From NCBI GenBank assembly GCA_965287045.1, contig OZ336875.1, forward strand, positions 86,800,001 through 86,864,000: 64,000 bases of DNA, read 5' to 3'. The stretch is from Carcharhinus amblyrhynchos. Lineage: Eukaryota. Shown here piece by piece: positions 24,671-38,463 of the stretch (the stretch's first letter is position 1; each line of letters opens with the position of its first letter). The position numbers and the translations under genes are program-made. The notes under the pieces were generated by a model, which did not search any database, had not been told where the DNA came from, and was given only the letters and a program-made list of their open reading frames with translations.

Positions 24671-27600
24671 AATTGATAGTGATTAGTAAAATAATTCTAT
24701 GAACTTTAACTAGAAAGAAACTTTTGCAAAAACATAATTTTAAATTAGTTTCACTGAAGGAATTTTTGAGTGAATAACATAAAAAGAGTCAACAGCTTGC
24801 TGGCTCTGGAAGCAGTACCTGAAAGAGGGGCACATGTTTGTTCAAACTCTGTATTGAAAGGGATACATTCTTCTCCTGCTCTAGCTTGCAAGCTTACAGT
24901 AATGAAATCACAGATCAGAGCTTCAAAATAGTCTGAAAGCCTTTGAACAGACTATGCCAAAAATGCCAAGATCAGAATTATTCATGTCAAATCTCAAGGT
25001 GCTTGGAAATTCAAACTTCAAATGGGTTATTCTTCCATAGATTGAAGAGTGCTGTGTCTCAGCTCCGTAATTACATGCTACATCAGAACAACAGCTTCCG
25101 AAAAGCATCACTAAATTCAAAAGACACATTTTTTAAAAATACAGTCACCCGCCTTTGATTAAAAACGGAGTTGCATATTTAATTTCGGAAGATATAAAGT
25201 CATAGTTTTCTCCAGATTTTAAATTGCAGTTTATCCATTTTTTTAAAAAAAATTGTCATTTGCAATAACCATCCCAGGTCAGAGTACTTCTTGCACATAG
25301 TTGTGGGTTAGAACAAATATGTCGAATTTTTAAAAATTGATTTGTTTCCTGTCATTACGATGATTTTTAAAAATTTTTTTAAAGTAACACAGAATTTCTA
25401 TATTTGGCAATTGAAATTGTTTTTTAATATAAATAATTTATTCCTAGTGTATTAAAATATATAGGGAAGCTGATACATAAAACATAATTATTTTTAAAAA
25501 ATGGGATTCACATAAATTGATATCAGAAAGTTCTTTGGAAATGACTGATATGCCTTTCAAATCCATGGAAAATTAAGCAACTATTTCCTGTTTCAGACTT
25601 GAAAAACGTGGCCATTTGTGTGTTTGAAAATAGTTATATATCCAGGATCTGCGGATGTATTATTCTGTTGAAAAACAGTGTTTTCATGACAGTTTTATCC
25701 TACAGCCTTTTTTAGCTTTGTATTCTCATTCCTAATGACAGGATATCAATGGTAAGAAGGCGGAGATTTACTTCATTGAACACCATTTTAGGTATTAACT
25801 TTGTGTAACATCCTTTTCTTTGTTCCTGTATATCTTCAATAAGTTGTAAATACATTAATTTTATAATATTTACAATCTAAAATATTCACCCGTGTTATTT
25901 CACTGTCTACAATTCCTCTCAATCTGCTTGCTATTTCTGGAAAGGGGCACATTTCCTGAATTCTGATTTCAAGGGCCTGATGATTTGAAGGACAATGACG
26001 TTTTAATATTTACATATATATTTTCTTTCTGATGCATTTTGTCTTCCCAAGTTCGTTCAGAAAGAGGCCCTTCTTTATTATTTTACAGTAATGAGTTTTG
26101 AGAATTCATAATTTTCCTCTCCTTCGCCAACATGAAATTTGCCACTTCGGACAGACCAACTACTATGGTTTTTACAGGAAAAGAAAGCTAATAGACACTC
26201 CAGATGAAACCGCTTCTAAACACTTTCTCAAAATGAATTACACTAATTCCAATGATAATTAAAATTAATTATAAAAGCTCAATGCTGGATTGCAGAAAGC
26301 AGCCACGTGGAAAATTACCAATAGATTTAAAAATTCCCTTTACTCATCCATTAACGAACAGTAAAAAAAATCTTCTAAATATATGTATTACAGCATGTAT
26401 GCTTTCTGCTTTCCTTTAGAAAGCTTGAGAAATCATCAAAAATATATATTCAATAAAAGCTATAGCAATCAGATCAAATCTTGAAGTATATACAAGCTTC
26501 ACTCTCCAAGTATTGACATTAAGAAATCATTTGGTCCCGGCAATCAACACCATGCCAATTAGCAAATAAAAACAATTTGAGGAAATTATACATTCTTTCC
26601 ATCTCTTTGGGCATTTTCTACAGTCACAATATTTATAACCAAAGCTTAAACTGACGGGAATTCCTGTACTTGGCAGTTGATAAAATGTGATTTTGTATAA
26701 TGTACACATCTCCATGGACATTTTAAAAACAACTAGAAATATTTTAACCCTTGAAATTATATCAATTTTTTGACTGGGTAAAGAGTTGCTGCAAATACTT
26801 AATAGAAGTTCCCTGCTTCTTATGGAGTGTTTAAAACCAATTCAAAATATTCACAGAAGCTCCCTTCCCTTTTTTGAACATTAGAAAATACAATTTAGAT
26901 TTTGAAGTTAACTGGAACAATTTCAGTGCTCTCAAGGTTAACCAATCGCACGATTTTTCTCTAAGTGATATAAGAATTGCTCATATACCCCTGCTTTCTT
27001 AGAACCGACATTGTTACAATGAAAATTTCATAAATTTCTACTTTATGTGACAATATGATTTGAATAGAATATCAAGAAGGTCTCTAGATTCAGACAAGGG
27101 AATTACTCAGAAGTACATGCACTCCCAATAAACATGTAACCAGAGTGAATTCCGGATGCTTCCAACAGCAGTAAGAACAAGTTATTTTTAAAACGTTCCT
27201 CTATTTTTACATTATTTTTTATTAAAACAATGTTTTCAGCTATAAGTCTTTCAGTTAATATATTTTTTCTTAATTTTGCATTATCAGAAGTGATAATGTT
27301 GCACAAATCTTGTGCCATAAGCTGTCACCTTTAGCTGGTATAGTTAGCACTGATTGAAGGTATAGCAGCCAACTGAGGTTAGGTGCACCAATACTTCCTG
27401 CCTGCCAGCCTGTTTCAAAATAGCAAGAATGTTACAGGCTCGCATCTACTAAAAAAAAATTGGCGTAGTGTACTTACACAAATATCCTCAGTTCATAGGG
27501 CAACAAATTATGTCTATTTGCCTTTAAGTTGTGATTAAAGCTTCAGTACTATCTATAAACTAGTGCAAGCTTTAATAAAATGGAATGTCAATGAGGTATT

Positions 27601-30600
27601 CATTTCTGGATTGATCATAATAATACTTTTGACTAATTTATCCAAATGCATGCTCATTTTTCTCAGTTATAAGTGAATAAATCTTTTGGTGGAAGAGGGT
27701 AACCACTGAGCCATAAATGGGTTGTACAGTTCAGGACTTACACCCTGCTGGCTTTCCTCTCAAGAGTTTTTCGAAAGCAAGGACCAACATTTTAACGGCA
27801 GAGAAGGTATTCTGAATTGTTAAGTATAATTTGACACACTAAGTATTTATTCCCGTAACCATTATTTAAATAGGATCAGTAATCTTTTATTTTGATTTGG
27901 AATGGTATACGTCAGGTTTCTACTCCTGGATATTGTAGAAAATAACAAGTTGACATATGAATGCTTGTCTTTGGTGAAATATAACTCATGTTTGTATGGT
28001 AAAATTCATGCATTAAAATACCCTTTTAAAACATTTGTCTTTTGTTTTACTCCAGCAATTTTTTTTAATCATATAAGATGCTAGAAGTTGCTACAAATAG
28101 CCAAAATTCAGAAAGTTTACTCCTGAACTACACTTAAATCAGGCTGAAATCGAACTAAAGGCAAAGCTTCTTTAATTTGTTCATGATTTTAAAAAAAATC
28201 CTGCCAAAATGTCAGCAGCAACTCCAAATATTTAACAGTTTTGGAAATAAGATCTGGTTGCTCAACTCTTTTCACATTTATTTATGCAACACCTGTTCCA
28301 AATCTCCAAAACGTAGATGAAACATTTTCTCTTTCTTTCTAATCTTCATTATTTTTGGATCGCATGATTTGGCATTACAAAAGGTGCTTTTACTTTTCAA
28401 TTAGTTTGTGTTTGTTAATGGTCAGGTGCCACAATTACAAATTTAGGTATAAACTTAAAAGTAAACATGGCAATATACATTTCTCTGTAATATATATAGA
28501 TTGCTTGTTACCCTTATGCGTATTCAAAGACCATTTAATTTTCAAATAATTTTTTTCCTTTTTTTGTTTCACCAAATTTACAAAACTATTTTTGTTAATA
28601 TTTTCCCTTATTTAATCACAAACAATAAACTGCAAGTCTGATGTAAACTAAATAATAATAATTCAGAAACATAATGGACACTGCCTTCACAACACACATT
28701 TTTTAGTTATGGGTCATTTTTCTCACATGAATTTATAAGCCAGAGAAGTAATGACCTTTTCCAACAAGACAATGGTGGCATAAGCAAGATGATAAAAAAT
28801 AAAAGACTGGCTAGAACATTCCTTTAAAATTAAAATCTTTGAAACTAATTAGAATTGAAAAGAACACGTGTCCCTTTCATTCAGAATATTGCTGACTCAA
28901 AAAGAATGCAAATTTGATTGCTACAAGTAATATTTGGGTCCAGAAATCCTACTGCAAATTTATAAGAGGTAGTAATTTCATAAAGAATAAATTCCAACTC
29001 AGGATTGTACTGAATAAGCTACCAAATGAGCAGCTGAAGTGCAATGCAAAAGAATTAATGTGTGGTGAGATGTAAGAATAAAAAACATAGGATGTCTTGT
29101 TATATTTCTCAACAAAATGCTTCCAAATGCTTTATATTTAAGGAATTGAGCTGCAGTAACTGTTGTGTATGGAATTAGGGCAGGCATTTTGCACATTGAA
29201 AAACTGCATAAACTGCAAGGTGGCAATCAATCAATTAATTTGTTTTTGGTGATCCTCATTGAGATAAACAGAAGTAATATATGTATGGTTTGATGTTAGG
29301 AATTACAGAAGCGTACAAGTTTCATTAAGGGAGGGGCCATTGCCATAGAAGGTATGGATTTCCGTTTCTCTCCCCTTTCAGTTATGAATCTTTCCAACTT
29401 AGCTAAATTAATAGAGAAGAGGTGCATATTTGGGGGAAAATCTTTTTTTCAGTTTATTTGCAGACGTATGGAGAAATAAACCATATTGAAACACATTGCC
29501 ATTTCATTACAAAATGGCATTGTGACAAAAATTATACACAACAATCTGGCTTAACTCCTCCAAGCAACTCAAATTTTCAAAATACCGTTTCCTTGCGAAT
29601 TTAACAACATATTTACATATAGCAACTTGTTAACTTTTCCATTATACAAAAAGCTGAAACAAAAATGTATCACCACATAGTATCAATGAGTAAATGGGCA
29701 TCAAACATGAACATACATGTAACTGATTTAGCTGATAAAGTAATTACCACCCCCCCCCCCCACCCCAGCAACAGATCAAAATTAGGAAAATATCTCAGAG
29801 TGTGGAAATTTGTTAAGTCTAATTTGAATATGCTGTGATAATCACCTATAACATGCAGCAAAATAAATTCGTGACGTCACTATTATCATTCAAACTGGAT
29901 GATTTTATTCAGAGAACGCTGACTCTCTGCTGTCTAAAGAAATGTAAGCAAAAAAATTGCAAATGATGGCAACAAGTCATTAACTTTGTTTCTATTATAC
30001 AAACAGCACTAACACTGGAATGTGTTTGCCGGCAGTATATGTCCCCAGGAATTAGCATCAGCCGAATAACTTGCTTAAGTTTTTCCTCTCTTTATATCAT
30101 TTTAGTTTCAAGAGTTGTGCTTGTTGCCCTAAATGTGTGATTTCCATATCTCAAAAATTAACAGTGACAAATACCACATTAAGAGTTTACATTATGAAAA
30201 CCTAATCATTTTTAGGAAAATTAAAAAGTAAATAACAAGCAATAATTGGGTTAATGATTAACAAGACACTGCTGCCATGGGATTTGTTTCATTTAAAAAA
30301 AAATCAAGCCTGAGGTACTAGTTTCTATTTTGTGATCAGTTGGATTAAAACTCTTGATGCACTCTTTGGCCTACTTCTACATTGTTACGGAATATATTTA
30401 CAAAACATTATAATGCTGTTACTATTGTGTCTTAAACAGCTATCCTTCATTTGGTACTCTTAATGTGCTCCTGAAAAACAATCTGCTAAACAAAATTCAC
30501 TTTTCCATAAGAAAACATGTAGCAAGAATGGGCTATGTTCCTAACCTGCAATTTTTGAAATAAAAACCTCTTTTTATGCATTAATCTAATGTATGGTATA

Positions 30601-30928
30601 CAAGTAACTTACACTTCAGCACAGCCTGATGCACAGTTCTCAATAAATTTTAAATAAAATGTTAAATTACACAACTGTAATGCACGATCTGGTACAGAAT
30701 GATGTTTCTAACTAGTATCTTTGTTGAATACAGTATGGGCAGTCTCCTGCGCAATCTTAAATAGAACCATTATTTGATAGTGCACCATTGATTATAGTTC
30801 AGGTAGTACTGGCACTCTACGTAACGCATGCAAGAATGCCTCTACTTGCCAAAACGGTTTCTGCAGCGTGCATAGTGCTTCACTGCAAACATGGGGGATG
30901 GGGGATGGGGGAGGGGGGGGGGGGCGGG

Positions 30929-32066
30929 CAGTGTGATCTCCCATCCCACTGCACTAATTTATTAGTGCACCAGGCTAGGAGATTTCAGCAGGTCCAGATC
31001 AGTGCAATCCACATTGGGCGTCCGGCCCCGAGATTTCTGGTGCCACCAGCTCTGCGCCGGAAATAGATGCAGGGCGGCATTACACATTTACAGGCTTATT
31101 TAAATATTATTTAAGTGTGATTAGCAGGCCCAGGACTGAAATCTCTAGGCCCGCTAACCTCTCCCAATCTGCTAGGTGTATTTCACTCCAGTGGAGTTTA
31201 CAGTAGCTCCTCGACCCTGCTGGAGTGAAGTTGGGGCAATTGGGCCCCGCCCCCCCAGAGGATCAGGCAACAGTGAGCGGTCCCCCTCGGCATTGGCACC
31301 TTGGCATTGCCAGTCTGGACTCCCTGGCACTACTCAAGGGGCAAAGTGCAAATGCCCAGGAGACACTTGGCACTGTCCATTGGGCATGGGGCAGTGCCAA
31401 AGGACTGGGCATATGGGGGTCAGGCCGAGGGGGCAGGGTCTGATAGAAGCAGGCCTGGGGGACGATCGGTGGGTGTGGGAGGTCCCGCTGCCACTCTGCC
31501 AAGTCAGGTTCAGTGGGGGAAGGAGGGAGACCAGCGATCAAGGTGGGCTGGGAAGCTTGGGGGGGGGGGGTAGGTTCAGGGGAGTAGTCAACATGCTGGC
31601 AGGAGGGATTGGCACTGGCGTTAACTGTCGGGAGGGGATGGGTGGGGGTGGGGAGTGGAGTGGAATGGAGATAAGGACAGGCCAGGGCTGAGCCCAGGGA
31701 TGGTTGGGGGTGGCCAGCGATTGGGCCGTGGGGGGTGTGGAAAGTCGGTGTTGCGGTGATCATGGAGCTGGCCAGCAATCAAACTGGTCAGCAATCGGGA
31801 GGCTGGCAGTGCAGGGTTACTGCACATGTGCCGATCTTGGCACTGATAGATCAGCACATGTGAAGTAGCCTATTCAATGCTCTCAATTCAACCTCTCCAA
31901 AAAGGCCCTGCCCCTTGAAATTTAATGATATTCATGCTATTGGCCTCTGCAGTGCACAGAATGGGGGAGATTTTTTTTCTGAACTCCTACTTAAAAAAAC
32001 CAGCATGAATTACTCAAGTTTTCATGCAAATTCGACACTTAGAATTTTTTGAGGCAAATTCTGGCC
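30929..32066. mobile_element. Non-autonomous DNA transposon (Harbinger-like termini) with G-rich interior
   Basis: Both ends match 55207-55954 in the opposite orientation (TCTCCCATCC..CTGC.CTAATTT and GAATTACTC.AGTTTTCA.G..AATTC.ACACTTA). The overlapping ORFs are low-complexity. Confidence 0.75.
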
Positions 32067-32999
32067 ATGGTTTCTGGCACATGCACAGCAAAGGCTCAAC
32101 AACAATGTTCACATGCACAGTTACCAAAATGTCCAGCAGGACTAATCAGATAAGCTCCCGACTTTCCAATTCACGCTAAAAGAAACACATTTTCATAATG
32201 TGTTCTAAAGGGGGATAGCTAGATAAAATAATCAAGTTTTCTAGCAAGCTAATGTAATTTTTAATTTAAAACTAAGAAGTACAATCTTTGTTTTCATGAA
32301 AACCAGAACTCTTTCAGTAGGATATCAGCTAAAACCCGAATTATCAGCTCAGAAGAGATTTGTAACTCCGAATCTCTGAAAGAGAAACTGATGCTCTTCT
32401 GTATTCTAATTTGTGAAAAAACTAAAATATTTTGTTGTGTTCAAAGGAAACACATGGAAGAACAACTATGGCCACTTTACAGTCTATGGTGAAGGCACAC
32501 ACCTGTAATGTAGTAGCACATTTTGATAGAATCTGCATCAACAACATGCAAATGTAAATAAAAGCAAAAACTTTCCAATGCAAATCCATATCCTGTTTAG
32601 TAAAGACACCACAGAGTAAAAATCATTTGAACATTTTATTCAGTTCTCTTTAATAAACTTTCCAATCTCCAAAGTTTCATTCTTTGACTCTGAAAAGTTA
32701 TTCTACTCCTTATTTAAAGATGGAAATCAGCGCATCCCTTTCTTGTTGTCTTTTTCAGGTCAATGTTAAATCTTTCAATGATCAATTTGAGAAGAAAGAT
32801 TAGCATGAAACAGATGAAACATGTGACTAAAGATACAAGAAAAGAATGTGCTTTAGGAGTGCATATGTAGGTGACGGGATAGTAAATTATACTGTTCCAG
32901 ACGTTATTAGAGTGAATATGTAAGTGTGTGGGCAGTGAATAATGCATTTAGAGATATTTTTAAAACAGTGGCTATGTAGATGCGAGGGCAGTGAATAAT

Positions 33000-33935
33000 A
33001 TAATTACAGATATCACTGCTGGTCCACGAGCAGAAACCAGGCTCCATGGCCACACCAGAAGAACCAGTGGCCATTGGAGCCCCCAGGAGATCAGGAGGAT
33101 GGCAAGGCAATGCCCACCTAGCATCCTGACAATTCAGAGTTGAGCACCATAAATGTGCCGGGGCGTGTGACCTGAGTGGACTGGGGCCATGACTGAGAGG
33201 AGGGGGAATGTACAATGAAGCAGGGCTCATGCAAAGGGAAAGATCTGCAAATGGGGGGGATACACGGGGAGGGGGGAGGGGGGGGGGCAGGAAGACTATG
33301 CAAAGGAGGGATTAGAGGGATTTGCCAGGGGATCATCGGGAGGGTTCTGATGCCTTGATGCTGGCAACCTTTGTTAGTGTGGGGGGAGAACATGTCTGGG
33401 GGGTGGGGGTGGGGTGGGGTGGGAGGAGATCTCCCAGTTCAGTGGGACATTGGGGTGCCTGAGTGCAGACAGCTTCCTCAGCATGCTTAGATTATGCTTC
33501 CCTCAATGGTGCAAATCTTCCAGCTGTCAGAAAAAGAGTGTTGAATTTGCCCAGAATACTGGTTTTCTTATGACCTTGTCCCACCAGTCATTCAGTGAGG
33601 TGAGGTAGTAAGATGTTTAGCATGTCATTGGTAGTCCCAGAAGCTATTGCAGGAGATCACTATTGCACCAATTTCTCAGTCACTGGGAGACCAATGCAAT
33701 GGCAATGGTACCCCACGTGCTATCCAGCCACTCCATAGGTTAGCTTAGGTTCTGCCCCCTCCCCTACTGGCGAGAATTGCATCCAAGCTCCTTTTTTGCA
33801 CTAAGTGCCATAAGATTGCAGCTTGTGGCTTGCCAAAAAAGCTAGTGCAATTCTCTCTCATTTTCTCATTCGTTTAGCACATAGAATCTTTTTGTAAGAT
33901 CACATACACCCTTAGAATTTTTCTGGGAAAATTCC
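33000..33935. mobile_element. Older related non-autonomous DNA transposon remnant(s)
   Basis: GC-rich, G-run-rich block ending TAGCACATAGAATCTTTTTGTAAGATC and TTAGAATTTTTCTGGGAAAATTCC, similar to the end at 32040-32066. Confidence 0.45.
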
Positions 33936-34043
33936 ATCCAATACGTGGGAGCAAGAGCAGTGAATAATATATTTACAGATATTTATAAAGAGGAGCTATG
34001 TGGGCCCAGGCCAATGAAAAATACAATTGCAGAAATCTTTAAG

Positions 34044-34130
34044 TGTGGAACAAAGCACTTTTTCTTGTGTTACAGCTTTCAATTTGGTGTGGAACAAAGC
34101 ACTTTTTTTGTGTTACAACTTTCAATTTGG
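34044..34130. repeat. Two-copy tandem duplication, 44/43 bp
   Basis: TGTGGAACAAAGCACTTTTT(C)TTGTGTTACA(G/A)CTTTCAATTTGG occurs twice in tandem. Confidence 0.9.
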
Positions 34131-34869
34131 ATTACTGAATGCATTAGCAGGCAGATCTGTTTGTTTTTGTACTGTAGTGCTGTCGCTAAGATTTCAGTAA
34201 AGTTTCATGGTAGATGTGCAAAAGTTCCATAAACTGCCCACCTGAACTGTGGATAGCAACCACAACGCAGTTACTAAATTTGTTGTTTCAGACAGGGGTT
34301 GGTTTTGGATGTAGAATTTTGAGATATTTAACATTGGGAAAAAAAAGTGTTAGAATAGAAAGTGCAACTGCCTGATATTCAACCAGAGTAGTTTAGACAA
34401 AAATCTGGAAGGATCCCATTAATACCAACATCTGAGGAGTTCGGGAACATTGCTACTATATTAGAAGATATACTGGTCTCAATTACACTACACATCTGCT
34501 TTAAGACTAGACAATTTGTCTAATTTACACTTGAGTGATTCACATGACTTACCAGGCAACATACTGCAGTAGCCTGTTGCAGATTTCAATGTCAATTTAG
34601 TTATTTTTAACTATCAATATCTTCAGCATTATCTTAAGTTTATTAAGACAATAGTAAATTTTACAAAAAAAATTGGAGAAATGGAAGAACACATATAACC
34701 TAAAATCATGAACTTCAAGACTAAATTATAGCCTCTCAATTGGCAATTGTCTACTGTTTTGTGATTACCTTTACCATTGTTTCATCACTACTGTACTGAC
34801 TGTCTTATTACTGAATCTGTATACTTTAGGGAAAGCCACATGTGCTTGGGAACACATAGTTCACATGAT

Positions 34870-36420
34870 AAACTACACACAGTAAGAGGCACAAATGTTC
34901 CATTTTATAATCTAAATATCGTAAGAGACACACATTCCACACTGTAATCTATGTACCTCAAGAAATAGATGTTCTATATTTTAATCTATAAACTATAAGG
35001 ATTACAAAACATGGGAGGTATATCTTAAATTATAATCTTATCTCAATTCTGTAAGAGGCATGCATTTTACATTATAATCTATTGACTGTAAGGGACAAAG
35101 GTAATTATATAATAATCCAAATACTGCACAGAACACAATTTTATAACAATCTATTTGCTGCCATCAGCACTAACAACTTGCATTATCATCCACATACAGT
35201 CATATAAGCAGCACATTTTACATTATGATCTACACTCTGTGAGAAGAAACATTTTATTTTATAAGCTATGTATTTAAGGGAGCACACATTTTATAGAAGG
35301 GCTACTATTTTTATTACAAGCTATGACACACTTGTATTGCACCCTATTTACTGTCAGAAACACATTTATTACAATTTTACTTTAAGTTCTGGAATATCAG
35401 ACTTTAGGAGCAGAAGTCGGCCATTCAGTCCTTCGAGTCTACTCCACCAGACAATAAATTCATGGTTGATCTGGTTATGGTGTCAACTCCATTTTGTTGC
35501 CTCACCCCCTCCATCCCCCCATATAACCTTTGACTCCTTTGTCCATCAAAAAATCTGTCTAACTGTGCCTTGAATAAATTCAATGACACTGCTCTCTGGG
35601 AAAGAGAATTCCACAGACTAATGACCCTCTGAGAGAAAATAATTATTCTCATCCCTATCTTAAAAGAGAGCTCACATTCTTAAACTGTGTCCCCTAAGTT
35701 CTCGCCTTGCATACAAGAAGAATCATCCTCTCAATGTCTGCTTTATAAAATTCCCTCAACATTTTATGTTTCATACGGAAAGAACATAGTCCATATTATA
35801 ATGTATATACTGCAAATGACAAGTATTTATGCCATAATGCATATATGTATATTGCAATGGACATTTGTAATATAATCAATTTTACTATAAGGAACATTCA
35901 TGCTTTGTATTATATATTGCAAAGAACATATACATTTTATAATATTGTATAAGAAATGCTCACATTTTACTGAATGGTACATATTAATAATCAATTTAAT
36001 AATCCTTCTTTTGTAAGGGAAATATCTTATGTAATCTGTCAGGATCACATCTAATATTGAATATTCAGATTTATCTTCTCTGGTGACACATTTTCTGATA
36101 TAATCTATATTCTGCACAAGCAACATTTCTATCACTGAATTAAAATTTATTATACCATAAGGTATACTTACATTTTACAATATAATCTATATATCATAAA
36201 GAACATAAACAATTACTGTAAGGAAGAACACATTTCACATTATAATCTAAATACCTTATCGAACACATTCTTATGTGTAATCCACCTTCTGCAAGGGATA
36301 TTCTATGATATGTACAAGGCACCAAAATGTTTTAATAATCTATGTACTTTAAGGGGTATGGAGTCTATAAATAAAAATCCAAGGGACACAGATTTTAGAT
36401 TATAATTTTTAGAGAAGCAT
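34870..36420. repeat. Degenerate ~35-bp minisatellite
   Basis: Recurring unit close to ACACATTTTACATTATAATCTATATACTGTAAGRG on both sides of the CR1 insertion. Confidence 0.7.
35395..35760 (-). mobile_element. CR1 3' fragment inserted into the minisatellite
   Basis: TAGGAGCAGAAGTCGGCCATTCAG terminus; ORF FSQRVISLWNSLSQRAV. Confidence 0.85.
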
Positions 36421-37327
36421 TTCTATAGTTTATATATCCTATGATACACACAACTTGTGCACATGTACTTTTGCAATCCCACTGTACGGAGTATGCACAT
36501 TGTACATTTCTATTGCATTGTAATGATTCATATGATAGTACCAATTTGCATGATAGATATCACATGTTCTATGCACAATTATGCCTAATGTAATATAGGC
36601 TGAGCATAAACAATGTATATATATATATGTATTAGATTTACAGCACAAAATAGGAATATTTATTCAAGTGTAGATAAAATCCAGAACAATTTTAAGTGAC
36701 ATTTTTAACATATTTTGCATCCATATATAGGATCTGCTAAGCAATGTATACAGTTTACAGTATCATCAGGCTTCTCAGGGATACAGAATGATGTGTTAAA
36801 ATATTATTGGCGACAACGAGCCTCCTATTGGAACTTGCAGAAGTCTGGACATTCTCTGACAGCACGTGTCTACATTGCTGCTCCATTTTGTGTTAGTGTT
36901 GTGAGGGCACTTCCCATTATACTGGGAACAAAGGCCATGGCCCAGAGGTCATAGTGTTATACTGGGAGTGCAGCTTTTCCATTGTTAGAAGCAGCACTGT
37001 TTGCTTTGTTTAGGTAAAGATTTGCTGATACATTAACTAAGAAGGATTAAGCATTATCCGTCTCAGGTTGCCACTCCCCATGCATCACAGTACTGGTGAC
37101 TGCAGACTGTCACAAGTCATCTGCGCATTATTCAATGCTTGCTCAATATGCCCAGGGAAGAGGAATCTTTTTTGTTCTAATGACATTAAAAGATACAGAT
37201 TTATTTAACTTAATAAAATGAAAATAGAAAGTTATTTGGTTAAATCAGATAAATTTGCATTTCAAAATTAAACTATATTTCCTCAAATTATCAATATTCT
37301 CTTTACATTTCACTTTTTTAATAAACA

Positions 37328-37790
37328 ATGGGGCCAGATTTTGATTTGATTCATTGCCCAAATGCAATATGGGCACTGGGCAATTTGTTTATTGTTGAAG
37401 CAAGTTGCATTTTAAGTTCAGCTAATATGCATGCTATGGGTAAATGCCAGATGTGCTGGATATTTCCTTTTCAATGCTTACCAATTAATAGTCTCAATTC
37501 TTCTGAAAGGCCTGAGCAGCCAAAAAGGAAATTTGGTTGATAATATCCTTCTAGCGGCTCTGGGAAGATTTTGTGAACAGGTTGATGATCTTGTTGCAGG
37601 AAGTAGAGCAAAGAGGAGATGATCTATTTCCCAAATTCTTCCCTGATCCACAATTCCCATGACTATTGAGTTAACCAAAGCATGGGTCAGAGAACTTGGT
37701 AGGATGTTGCTGGTCATGTCAATGCACCAACTACTACTGAAATGTACCCCCACTAGTTGTACAGTTTTACAACATTGCCCAGCTTAGTGT
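37328..37790 (+). mobile_element. Decayed Harbinger-like element with Myb/SANT ORF remnant
   Basis: GGGGCCAGATTTT terminus. With frameshifts, 37566-37780 gives RFCEQVD/ILLQEVEQRGDDLFPK...RTW*DVAGHVNA, resembling the Myb/SANT domain of Harbinger ORF2. Confidence 0.5.
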
Positions 37791-38463
37791 GATTGCCTAT
37801 TGGATTGCACTGTACATTTCATTTCCTCCCTTTCCTGGCTCCACCTCCATCAGAGGGAACTTCAATGGAGAATTTGCTACCATAATCCCTTCCATATACA
37901 CAAGTACATGATATCCAACCTCAAGCATTCTTACTTTATGTGATGCCACCAATGACAATTAATGTTTGTCATTGCTTTTGTCAAGGAGAATACACAACAA
38001 AAGGGAAAGGGGAGAACAAGAGAACAGGCATAGCTGAATCCCTTCTCCAACTTTTAAGGAACAGATCTTTAAAAGCACAGGGATGGGAATTTGCAGATGA
38101 ACCAGGAAATGGGCAAAAAAGTACGCTCAGTAAAATGGAGATAAAATGAAGTATAAATGTGGTGCAGATTCTTGTCTCAGGAGTCAGTCCTTAAATGAAG
38201 ACAATAGAAAGCTTCCTCAGATCAGGATTTGCATCTCACTTATACTTCCTTTAGTCACCATTCTATCACGTTACACACTCACTGACAACAAAGCAAATAA
38301 TTGACGACAGGTCCATGCCAATTTAAGATGGATGTTGAATACTCATGGCACTTACTGGACAACAGCACAGCGCTTGCCTTTGTTCCTTAATGAACATTGC
38401 TGTGTTCAAAGAGGCTATCACATTTGCCAGCATAACAACAATGGTACTTCAAAGCAACTCACT

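Noticed and set aside
31176-31857. Overlapping 171-aa Gly-rich and Pro-rich ORFs (similar ORFs at 38588-39170 and 55348-55886)
   Set aside because: They lie in GC-rich non-autonomous transposon interiors, are open on both strands because stops are scarce, and show no domain.
33601-33622. let-7-like TGAGGTAGTA
   Set aside because: The match ends after 10 nt, no precursor hairpin is evident, and it lies inside a repeat.
34870-36420. CRISPR-like periodicity
   Set aside because: Units are contiguous and degenerate with no unique spacers, there are no cas genes, and the context is vertebrate.
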